From Nageia nagi (taxonomy: Eukaryota; Plantae; Pinophyta): a DNA stretch of 64,000 bases. The position numbers and the translations under genes are program-made. Where the stretch lies: NCBI GenBank assembly GCA_050084985.1, contig JBITNC010000001.1:81034001-81098000 (forward strand), given 5' to 3'. The notes under the pieces are model-generated. The model ran no database searches, was not told the origin of the DNA, and saw nothing but the letters and a program-made list of their open reading frames with translations. Of this stretch, positions 24,619-37,229 are shown piece by piece (position 1 is the stretch's first letter; each line of letters begins with the position of its first letter).

Positions 24619-27600
24619 TGTAGACCCAAAAATATGTAAATATTAAATAAGTACACAAATAAATAAGTTTGGTATACGAATACAATGAATAACAACTCTA
24701 TACAAAATTATAAGAAATATACATGAAACATATAAACCTAATACAAAGTAGGGCCTGTAGCTAGTTTGTGTATAATCCTCAAAGTATAACAACAATGAAT
24801 CTTTTAAGCATTATGATCAGACTTAAGATGAGTTCTAAATAAATGTTTGTTATAATGGATGCAAGAGTCATTCCCTAAAATATTGACCTCCTGATCATGA
24901 AGACACACGTTGCACAACAATGAATCTTTGAAGGATTGGGATCGAACTTAAGATGAGCTCTCAATAATTATTCACTATAATGGATGCAAGAGCCATTCTC
25001 TAAAAATTGAACCTCTTGATCATGAATATGCACATCGCTAGCTGTGTGGAAGAGGTACACCATTGATGACATAGGAGTGAAAATTTTGTGTTATGTGCAA
25101 GAGAGAGATAATAGAGGTTAAGAGTTAACAAGTTCTCAAGATAAGTGGCATCAAGAGACATCGTAAGTTTGATGTTTGGGAAAACCACCTATCAGAGAGA
25201 TTTGATATGGATGTCAACCTTCACCACTTATATTTATAACCTAGAAGGAAATAGAAAGGGGTGAAAGCTAACACATAGCAATAACAATAATCATTTCAAT
25301 ATTCAAGATAACTTAAAAATATAAACCATGGTATATGAAATTACATTGGCCTTATCACATGGTATTACAATATATTAGCATTTTATCTTAATTTTTGTAT
25401 TATTTCCTTTTAATCATTTAATGCACTAAATATGATCTATTAAATAAATAATAAATCATTTTCAAGCATCTACATTTTATTCCTCTTTGGATATGTAATG
25501 AAAAATATTGAGATTGCATAATCCAAAGAAGTTTTATAGAAGAGAAAAAGATTTTTAATAGTAAAGTGGACTTCTCTATTTTGATCGATATGTCAAGTAT
25601 GGTATGTTGCTTGCCCCCTTTTGGTCTTGGTTGCCTCTAGCTCATGTTGCATTGGGTAAGCAAGCCAAAAATAGGAGTCCCTTTATGAGGTGAGCGATTG
25701 ATGGCAATTCTACTCACCTGAACAATACTTGTAGAACAAAACAACATATACCTGCATAGATCACATCCATGAAAGAATACGCAATGAAAATAGCAAGGAT
25801 GAAATAAATATAATATGAAGTGTGTCATCATGGCTGATGTGATTCATAGTGAAATAAACTATGATACATAGGCTATTATGATAGACAACTCATAGTATAT
25901 GAAGAGCAAGTGCATGGTTTCTTTGTAATACCCTAGGCTTGCAATATCCATGATTTATAGACTACTGTGATAGATAACTCGTAGTCTATAAATGTCCATT
26001 TAGTGTCTCACAATGGTGATGTCTTGTAGCAATACAATATTTGCTCATGAGATGCCATGGCTATGAAATAATGTCAGTATATCAATGAATCAATATATTC
26101 AATTTCCATCAATGCACCATATATTCAATTATTCATTAACCTTTTATTATAACATTTCAATTTGCATGAACTTTCAATGTATATCAATGTTGCTAATGCC
26201 ATGGTATGCCTATAATTTTATGATCATGTTTTCAACAATATTGATCCTTAATCATAAAGCAACTCCTGTTTTATGAAGAAATCATATAAATAGGCAAATA
26301 TTCAAAAAATTACAACATACCCCAATTGAAAGGATTTATAGCAATTGCACATTGCTGGTAGCATGAGATTTTCAATTTCAAGTGCAAAAATTTGAAAGAT
26401 ATTCAATTGGGAATCATTTATATGATATTACTTCAATTTATAAAGAAAATATCAGTCCAATTTATCATAAGATTTTCAAATAAATCATTTGATAGCAATA
26501 TTTGTCAGCATTTGAAATTTGTTTTTGCAATCTATATAATATTCCAATAATCATATCTATGAATCATAAACAATATATAATCCTTGAAATTGTTTGAAAC
26601 ATCATGTAATTTTGCAATCCTCATGCCGCTAGTAGTGTTAAAAAGGATATGATATTTTTCAAAATCAAAAGCACATTTAATTGACAATGAAATATGTATT
26701 TTCAATTGATAATGAAATGCAAGCAATAAGTAAATTTGAAAATGAAAAATGAAAGTACAATTTAAATATAATGAAACTTTGTCAATAAAAATTAATCATA
26801 TATAACAACTTTATGAGTGCAATGATCATTCGATAAAATGTATTATGGTAATAATTCAAATAATACATTTAGAATTTTTGCTAATTTAGTTTATGCCACA
26901 CTGTTGATGGCATACAATTACTATGAATAATTTGAAATAATGCAAATATCATAATTCCTAATCATAGATGAGCGGTAGGCATTGAAAAGGTATGTATGCA
27001 CCATTTTAAACCATTTGCCCCTAAATGCACATTTAACTCAAAGAAATAGATGCTACTAATGGCATGAAAATAACATCAATTTTTTTTGAAAAAGAAACAA
27101 CAAGCATTTAAAATAATTTAATACATAATGAACATACAAAATAATGATTAGGGTTTGGTTTGTAATTTGGAAATCATATAAGAAAATTTTAATATTAAAA
27201 AGTCATTTTGACTTTTGCCTTTTTCTATTTGAGTGCTTTGACTCCCTTTGACTTGGTGAAGCCTTATTGACACGGTGACCTATTTTCCCTTCCATCTAGC
27301 TCCTTATGATCGATTATGGGATCGTTGAATTTGCTAAACATGTGTGTGGATGCCATGTATACCTTCTTATCTACCATTTTTCATTGCATCCTTTTTGTTG
27401 ATGGCGAACAAGGCATGGAGGGCTTTTGGCTATCCCATTACTAGACAGAGCGGCCATATAGTGGATTATGTTCGCTCCCTTCCATATGATCATGTAGTAA
27501 GTGAGTTTTCTTACATTTTTATTTGATAAATTTATGTTTTTAATCTTATGTTATGTTTTGTAATTAAAGTTTTTAATTTAATAAATCATGTTATTAATTA

Positions 27601-30026
27601 ATTTATTATTTATTCACTTACAGGAATGCAAGGTTCTCATCCGAGGAGGATCGATGACTACAACCATCTTAGAGAAGGAAGGGGGTTGGCCTAGGACCAA
27701 CCACATGGATGATATTCTCACTAGATGTAGGATATTAGATCTAGCCATCATTGAACACATTCAATAGGACCTACCACTACTAACAACACTAGTAGAGAGG
27801 TGGGATCTAGATTGCTGCCCATTTCACCTACACCCAAGTGAAATGACCATCACCCTCCTTGATGTTTATTGAATTTGGGGGTTTCCCATTAGGGAAGCCT
27901 CATACACTAGAGGGAGCTTTTATACAATAATGTATGAGAGAAATAGGCTCTTTGGCTGGTAGGAGAGTCAAACCATGACTAGGAGCACCACATTTCTAGA
28001 TTGGTATAGGTGTGGTAATTTACCCCAACAAGGAAACACTTGCAGTTGTATGTGGCTACAATCATAGCTACTTTCTTATGTATAAAAAAGAGTAGCTTGG
28101 CCTTTCCACTTGAATTAGTTTGGGTGGTTCAATAGATTTGCAAGAGAGGAGTGTAGTTTGCATGGGGCCAATTAGTTCTTGCTTAGTTCTACATAGATCT
28201 GTACAACTTTGTTAGCATTGACAAGTTCAACGTGATGATTTCTTATGTTAGTATTCTACAAATATGGGCATAAGAGCACATTACCATGATAAGGATCATT
28301 GGATTACATTGGGTGAGGGAGGATCCAAGGGACATTACCTTGGTGTGTTAGACCTCTAAAGGTGGAGGATATAGGTACCCCCACTTGCTAGAGGTGAGGA
28401 GATGATAGGTCAATGGACTCCAGGTTGAGGACTTAATTTGGATGTGTTACCAAGACTTTTTTTGGGATGTAGATGCACACCAATTGATGTAGGTTTTCCA
28501 AGGTTGCTTCCTCCAAACCAAGAGGAAGGTGGTGGAGCCTTACCATCCATAGCATGCACTATGATAGTTTGGGGTCCAGTAGGGGATCCAACCAGTTCTA
28601 ATGTGCTATCGACACTACATGATCAAGAGGGATATTCTTGTAGGCATTCAGGTGATACTAGCATGGAGGATCATGTGGGAGGAGCCTAGGATATTGTATA
28701 ATGCTTCCAATGTTTGCATGGATCCCAAGGTTTCCCCCAATTACATGGCATGGTGGGTAAGAGTCTATCCCAAAGACATCGAGATGGATGAGGATGATGA
28801 TGAGGAGGGGGATGAGGATTCTAGTGAGGGATCATTGAAATATGGTTCATACTAGGTGAATAACCCCATTCATGACATATTGATGCAAGAGGGAGAGGCA
28901 CCAGGAGCACCATGATTAGATGTGCTAGCTGTAGTTATGCCCCTAGTGACACTAGGTAAGAGACTATGCAAGTTAATATTTTCGATTATTTATCATGTAA
29001 GAACATGAAACTAACTATAAAATTTTATTTTTTATAGGAGATGAAGATAAGTGGATTGCTTCCCTAGAAGTGGAGATCATGATACTTAGGCCTATGGAGG
29101 TCCAAGTTATGACACTGCAAGCTACTCTAGTCGAGAGGGATGCATAAATTGCTACTGTAGATCCAAAAATGTAGACCTAAAAATGTGTAAATATTAAATA
29201 AGTACATAAATAAATAATTTTGGTCTAAGAATACACTGAATAATAACTCTATACTAAATTATTAGAAATATACATGAAACATATAAACCTGATACAAAGT
29301 AGGTCCTGTAGCTAGTTTGTGTACAATCCTCAAAGTAAAACAATAATGAATCTTTAGAGGATTATAATCAAACTTAAGATGAAATCTTAATAAATGTTTT
29401 CTATAATGGATGCAAGAGCTATTCATTAAAATCTGAACCTCCTAATTAGGAAGGCACAAATTGTATAACAATGAATCTTCAAAGGATTGTAATCGAACAT
29501 AAGATAAGCTCTCAACAAATGTTTGTTATAGTGGATGTAAGATCTATTCCCTAAAATTTGAACCTCGTAATCATGAAGGTGCATATTGTTGGCTATGTGG
29601 AAGAGGTATGCCATTGATGGAATTTGAGCAACAATTTCATGTTGTGCATAATAGAGAGATAATAAAGCTCAGAGAGTTAACTAGTTCTCAATATAGGTGG
29701 CTTCAAGAGACACCATAAGTTTCATGTTTGGAATGACCACCTATTAGAGAGATCTGATAGGGATGTCAAACTTCACCTCCCATATTTATAACCTATAAAG
29801 AAATAAAAAGGGATGAAAGCTAACACATAGCAATAACAATAGTCATTTCAATATTCAAGATAACTTAAAAATATAAACCATGGTATATGATATTACATTG
29901 GCCTTATCACATGGTATTGCAATATCTTAGCATTTTATCTTGATTTTTATATTATTGTATTTTAATCATTTAATGTGCTAAATATGATTTATTAAATAAA
30001 TAATAAATCATTTTTAGCCATCTACA
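24619..30026 (-). mobile_element. Gag-pol-less LTR element (Tat-like termini) with TSD TTAAC
   Basis: LTRs at 24619-25474 and 29170-30026 (TGTAGA...TCTACA, about 856 bp). TSD ttaac at 24614-24618 and 30027-30031. PPT complement follows 25474. Each LTR has an internal ~125-bp duplication. Confidence 0.9.
27401..29155 (+). pseudogene. Plant mobile domain (PMD / aminotransferase-like) pseudogene, spliced, antisense to the LTR element
   Basis: Exon1 MANKAWRAFG...YDHV then gtaagt. Exon2 LVERWDLDCCPFHLHPSEMTITLLDVY*IWGFPI ... FAWGQLVLA*FYIDL ... ILQIWA*EHI ... YMAWW, with an acidic tail. These are PMD motifs. Confidence 0.85.
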
Positions 30027-33000
30027 TTAACTATTGCAACATAAAAATATCTACAAGTATAAACTTGTTCCTATTTTTATGCCATTTACAAAAAGGATAT
30101 CTACAAGTATAAACTTATTCTTTTTTTGTGGATCATGTACAAAAAGGCATCCAATGCATACAATCTAATAAGGCTCTTATCTCCCCAATTTTAATAAAGC
30201 CATCAATTAGTGTTAATTATCAAGCAACACTAAACCAGTCATTGATGCAAAATGAATACAAGATCCCAGCTTAGATGTTCTTCAAAGATCAAGGGAAAAA
30301 TAGAGACTACCATATTCTTATTATTATCATTATTAAAGAAGAATTAATATGAAACACCACCTGAAGTTACTCTAAGAAAAAAAGAGGCAAAAATAATCAT
30401 GAGATGACATCCCAGTAAGCCCATTAGTTTAAATTCTCTATCATGATAACATGCATACTATTCTTGTCCATGAATTTTGAATTTCATTAATTCAACCATA
30501 CAAGGGAGAAATGCATCATGCTAGAAGCACAATAAAAATATTTACATGAGGTTAACCATGCAAAGATATACATACATTAGATTTTAACCCTTAAATTAAC
30601 ATGTTTAAAATTACTCTAGGACTCAAAATTTGAAGACCTTCATTTTCACAAATTGATTTCAAATAAATGATACCATAAACCATTTACTCACTAGGTATAA
30701 CCTTGGAATTATCATCAATATAATAGCAGATTGCTTGTCATTACCTATGATAATCTAGCTCGTAATTGTAAGAAAAAGGAAAAAATGAGAAAGGGTCAAA
30801 CTAAAGAAAGGGTTATACCCATTTTAAGGTAATTACTCAGTAAACTCTTAGTATAAGAGGTAGAATATGACCATTTTTAACAATGATGGTATTAGCCTAA
30901 ACCAAGAAACAACAAAATCCTAAATTTTTACAACATATCCACCTTGCATTCAAGTTTCAAACAAGAAATTAAGGCATAAAAATGCTAGACTTACCACTTC
31001 AAAGGTGAAAAAGACGTAAACCACATAGTCCTTAAGGAAAACTTAATATAATAAATATGAGGTGCCACTACACTATGCTCCCAAGTCAATGATGCCTCAT
31101 AGCTCTAGCCCTGATAGTCCCCTTTCATTGTAGAGGAAACCCTATTTATATTCCCTATCGATATGTTCCTTTGAAAGGAAAATGCATGACATAATTGATG
31201 ACCATTAGTTGATACTTCATGCTTTTGATTTAGGGTTGTCAAATATCTAATAGATGAATAGAACAAAAAATTGACATGGATGGGGGCCTTAAATTGTTGG
31301 AAGCACCTCCAACCATAATTAAACCTCATGCTAGAAGATTTAAATTCCATTCAAATAAATAATGTTGGCATATGCTAAGGTACCTTAGCGCCCTTTATCA
31401 ATCTCCCTTGTCCTCTCTCATCTTGCTAAATTAAGAAATGCACCTCTCTCCAACCCCTCGCCCTCATCTCTCATCTCATCTCCTGTCTCCTCTCTCATCT
31501 TGCCAATAAACCAAATGCCCCTATCTCCTCCAACCATTGAGCTTGAAAAAATCGAAATGAACCCCAAGCCCATGTGTGCATCTTTTTTTATTTTTTCTCA
31601 TTTTCACTAAGGGGCATATTTTTGGGGCAAATAAAAAATGTCCTAATAAAACTGCCACTTAATCAAAAAATAGAGGTGGTTAAACATCACTATAACAAAA
31701 ATGCCTCAAAATGCCCACCCCCAAAGCTCTCTTTTTGTCTAGTGTTATTATTATTTTCTTTACCAAATATGATGGATTTATCCCCAATGAAGTCTTCATG
31801 ATTATATTTATTATATGTATGATCTCTTTATGTCATGTTTATTGGTTTTTTGAAACTTACAATATGATTATCATTGTACCAATGTGGAGTTCCTCTAGAA
31901 ACATCTATAGGTTTAATTTCAAGATAATCAATAAATTTTACAATCATTAACTAATATTTAATATACTTGAGTTTCTCATATAATTTTATGATTTTTTTTT
32001 GTCTTTCTAAAAATCCTTGTAATAGTTATTTATTTCTATGTATTAACAACCATATTTGATGAAGTATTAAACTCATTCCTAGGTTTCTCATCATTTTCTA
32101 GTTTCTTTTAAAGGTGGGTTTATTATTAGAAGTATTCTCATAAGTTTGTAACTCAAATCATCTACTTATAATTATATATACTCTTAATATAAGGCTTCAT
32201 AACACAACACACCAAAAGAAACATAAAGTTCTTTTATTATGTAAATAAGCAAGCATAAAAATATTTATATCAATGTAATAGTATTATCTAATCATTATTT
32301 ATTTTTAAACTATGTTATAAATTCATGCAATATTTGATTTATTTTCTATTTCATAACATTTAATTGAGAAAGGATTACATTTTTAGCAAATGGTAGTTTT
32401 AATACACTCCATAAAGAGATATACAGGGGAAAGAAAATTGAATATGGAATTTTTATAAAACCATTCAAGAAATAACCTTAAAAGTTTCTATGAAATAATT
32501 TTGACTTAATATTTATCACATAATATGGTAGGCTAAATATTTCTTATTTATAAAGGTTCAAAATTTCAAGGACAAAGGGGATGGGATGGTTAAGAATGAC
32601 ACGATTTAATTAAAAATTGATTAAGAAAAAAGTCATCCATGATTCAAAAATCATGATTATAAATAAATTAGATATTAAGTTATGGACCGATTCCTTCATC
32701 ATCATAGAGAATAAGGCTATTTTCATCATTAGTTTCTTAAAATTTTTCATAAATTTTATCAAAATTATTTAGCTAAGGATAATTATTAAACTACATTTAA
32801 ACAACTTCCAACCTAACAACTCTGCTAGTAGTTATAAGATCTCTAAGTCTTTTGGATATTCAAAATATAAATGACATAGGGTTTTATAAACAAAAGTTTA
32901 AAGGACTATATTATGCAAAGTGCTCATATTTAGGAGAGAGTTGAATAAATCATGATCACCAATAATAATAAATCCATATAAATATATATTGTAATCATAG

Positions 33001-33699
33001 AGGTATTGTAAGAGGGCATGATTCAACAAACTATTGTTATGTGAAATTGACTAAGTTATTGAACCTAACTAATTAACACAATACATGATGGTAACAAAAA
33101 AGGTAGGAAATAAATCATAGTATCAATAAATAATGGGATGCATGTAATGAATAATATGAGATAAACAATTACATGAATGGATAAAATTTACTGATATATT
33201 GTATGTGTACCTAGAAAATATTAGTATGTATAACAAATTATAGTAACAATTTCAAAGTCATCATGATTATCTTTATTAGCTATAAGGATACAAACTTCAT
33301 GGACCTAGACATTGAATTTGATCCCTCTTATCACTTTTCTTATATCATTTTGTAAAATGAAAACTCATGCTCTTATAATTATTATGTATGTTATTAAAAT
33401 CATGTAATTGACTCTAGTACATGATTAATTTTTGTATCAAAATGATCAAGGAAGATCTCATTGAATCAATCAATGATATTATCCTATTGGACATGGTAAC
33501 TTTCAAGAGACATAAATTTATGATTGTATATTTATTTAAGCTCATTCAAGAAGTGTTGGAGATCTTAAGTCATGTAGAATCATAGAAATAATAACATATA
33601 TAATTATATTAAAAATAAGTATAATTATATAGTCTAGCACATTTAAAATCTAGATTCCATTCTAGAGGGCCCAAAACTTGTAAATAAGTATTATTTCCT

Positions 33700-36600
33700 G
33701 AGAATAATAAAGTAAAAGAAGTTTTTGGAATTATGGGATCAAGATTGTGGCACATACATCCCTTTGATTTTTCAGTCTTTGGCTCTCCAAATTTGAGAAT
33801 GTAGAGTTAATGGCAAACTTGACTTCAAAGTGTTCTTGGAAGAACCTCTTCTTATAAGACACCAAGTCAGATTTAGGCTCACCATTGGAACAAGTAGTGG
33901 TAAACATTTGGTAGAATCAATATGAGAGTCCCAAAGGTGAAAATAAATTAGATAGGTGAGAGAGGGTATCTCAATTTTATTGGAAAACTACATGGAGCCT
34001 GAGCCAATATTGATGTTGTGAGAAGATGGTTAAAATTGCGATGAAAGATAAAAAAGAGCATGGAGGTCATCACATTACAAAATGAATGCCTAATTTGGTA
34101 ATTTATATGATAAATACTATATTTTAAGCACCCATGGTTCTTTGGAAAGAGATTAGTATTCTTAGAGAAATGATGATCAATATTTAATCCAAGAAAGGTA
34201 CAAATAATGCTAGGTCATATTTGGGTATCACTTCCTAAACTACCCTTAGACCTATGGAATTAGAATGTTTTTAAAGGAATATAAAATTCCTTTGGGAATT
34301 TTGTAACTACAAATGAAGTCATGAAGGCCCACACAAGGATGGTAGAGGCTAGAGTTTACGTAATGGTGCAATTCAAAATCCAATTACCTAAATCCATTAC
34401 CTTGGAATCAAAACTAAGTGAATGGGAGTAGGAGATAAAATATGAATTAAATAATGCCTATGTTTGTTTTATTACTAAGTACAACACTATGTGAAGTCTT
34501 GTTAGACAAAAGTCACTAAAAGAAATAAGACTAAACTTGCTCCACATTTTTGGAGGGAAAAAGTTAAAATGAGTGCAACTAAGGAGGACAAAAAGGTCAA
34601 AGATATTCCTCACTTGAAAGTAGGTGAGGTAGAGGAAGAAGGTTTGATAAATTAATTGGTTATCATAATGGAAGAAATACTTAAAGATAAGGAAAGAGGA
34701 AGTCTTGCATTAGTAAAAGCTAGAGTTATGAAGACTGTAAATCTTGCAAATTCCTTTAGTGTATTAAGAAATGAATGCTCAAAAGCAGAGGAAGGAAAAA
34801 TCCCTTCACTTAAATAATTTGAGCCTATGAAGATTGCAAACCCAATGTAAATAACTCCTGTAAAGGACTAAGGAACTCTTGCAACCCAAATTTTGGTAAC
34901 ATAAAATGACTTCATATAGGGTGATGACTAGGAAAGAGAAAAATAAAAAAAAGCAAAAAAGAAAGAACAAAAATGAGCAATCATCAAACTTTGATAACAT
35001 AATTGTTAAGGATACATTGTGGGGAAAGATAATGATACAAATCACCTCAAGATCTATAGATGTTGGAAATAGGCACCCAAGAGACCAAGAAAAAGTGAAA
35101 TCAGAGAGAGAAATGTAGCCAAAGAAGTGGTATATGATCATTAGGCCACACTCAAATTTAGGGATGTAGAAACCACAAAAGGAGGTTCATCATATTCTAT
35201 AGGATGAATGCAAACAATAGAAGCCTAATATGGTGTACTATAAGAAAGAAAAGTAAGATAAGGGAAGGAATAATTGGTGAAAAATCATGTATGGAGGGAG
35301 GCTAGCATGGAGGCCTTTCCTACTATCAAAAAATAGGTAGGTATAATATCCTTCTTGAGAATGGATAAATACAATAATAAGTTAGTATTGTACTCTTGCA
35401 ATTTGATCTATTTTATGCTAACAAAAAAAATGCTTGGAACTAAGTTTCATGTGCTCAATGTCTATGCCCTTAACACCCTATTAGGGAGATGATGCCTATG
35501 GAGGTAAATCAATAGTCTTTTGGATGGAAAAATGGATAATCCATGGATAATGGTAGGATATTTCAACACTCCACTTAAATATAATGAAAAATATGGAGGG
35601 GTTCTTGATGCACCCCAATTGGAAGGAATAAGAGACTTGCAAGAATTTCAAAGAAACTTGGACTTGGTTGACTTGGAAATGCATGAATGTAAGTAAAATT
35701 GGATAAAAAAACATTCTATAGGGGAATTTATAATGATCCATTTAGACATACTAATGATTTATCAAGCTTGAATTCAATAATTTCTAAATTAACACTTAAA
35801 GGTATTACCAAAAGTAGGTTTTGATCATAGTTCATTGGTTTTGGAACTAGAGGAATAAAAGTGAAGAAGTACTTCCCTTAGGTTTTCAAATATATGGCTT
35901 GATCATATTGAACTAGAGGAAAGAATAAAGTAATGGTGGAATATCATATTTCATGGTACAAAAATGTTCTCATTGATAAAGAAACTCCAATACATCAAGC
36001 TTTAACTTCACACATGGAACAAAAAGGTGTTTAGTAGGGTGCATGACATGAAGGCTAGAATAAAAGAGGGAATTAGGGAGATTATTAGTGATTGGATCAA
36101 AATATTTGGGAGTACTACAAAGATCATAATTGAAGAAATGGACACTTTATGCAAGATCCATAATACCCTTGTTAGAGAAGGAAAACTTTGGAGATAAATA
36201 TTGTGGGTACCATGGTTGCAGGTAAAAGATTGCAACACAATATTATTTAAGCTAACAATCTTCAAATACTGGGAAACCAATAGGATAAATAAGATAAAAA
36301 TAGAGTAAAGTATCATGATGTAGGATCTAGAAGAGATTAAGGTGATAGGGGTAATATTTTCTAGTATTTTTCTTCACTGGAAGTAAATCCAGATGAGCAA
36401 AGTATGGAAGACATACTCTTACATATCCCACCTTTGATAATAGAGTATGGTAACTAAATTCTGAAAAAAACATTTCTATTTTAAAGAAATAAGAACTAAG
36501 GTCTTTAACATGGCACATAACAAGTCCTCTATGCTATATGATTTCACTATAGAGTTCTTTCAAACTTTTTGGCATATTGTCAAAAAAGAGGTTTATTTGG

Positions 36601-37225
36601 TCATAAGGAAACTTTAGACTTCAGGGTAGAATATCAAATAATGGAATGCTACCTTCCCTTATTTAATACCTAAAATAAGTAATGCAAATTAATTCAAGAA
36701 ATTTCACCTAATAAACCTATGCAATGTTGTGTACAAAATCATGATAATAGCTTTGACCAATAGACTTAGACCAATGATATACAAGATCATTTCTATAGAG
36801 CAAGGAGGCTTTATTTAAGGAAGGTAGATTTTTGATGAAATCATAGAATTACATGATACCCTCCACTTAGCCCAAATAAGGAAAGAGGAGGATTTATTTT
36901 TAAATTTGGACATGCAAGGGGCCTACGAACGAGTCAATTGGGACTTGTTTGATAAGAAAAGTGCCAAATTTAGATTCTCTCAGGTATGAATATCATGGAT
37001 AATGCAAAGTATTTAAATGACATTCTTCTCCATTTTGATCAATGGAGAGGAGATAGGTTTTTTAGATCCCAAAGAGGCTTGAGGTAAGGAGACCCCATAT
37101 CTTTGTATCTCTTTATCATTATGGTAGAGGCATTAGGAAGAAGTATTTAGAACTGGCAGGATGCAAGGAGAATAAAAGGGATTGCTCCACATTCGGCTCC
37201 GACTATGGTGATACAATAAAAATAT
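33700..37225 (+). mobile_element. L1-clade LINE, decayed, truncated within RT
   Basis: ORF1 is DUF4283-like (PWFFGKRLVFLEK, IWVSLPKLPLDLW). The endonuclease region has NVYALN and FDHSSLVL. RT motifs: EFFQTFWHIVK, NLCNVVYKI, EQGGFI*GR*I, LDMQGAYERVNW, GLR*GDPISLYLFIIMVEALG. Start coordinate is approximate. Confidence 0.88.
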
Positions 37226-37229
37226 GTAA

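Noticed and set aside
26628-26637. CTAGTAGTG resembling a CACTA end
   Set aside because: No partner TIR, TSD or subterminal repeats. Likely a chance match.
30030-33690. Short ORFs (31105-31350, 31574-31950) and possible decayed coding sequence
   Set aside because: No recognisable motifs in the frames I examined.
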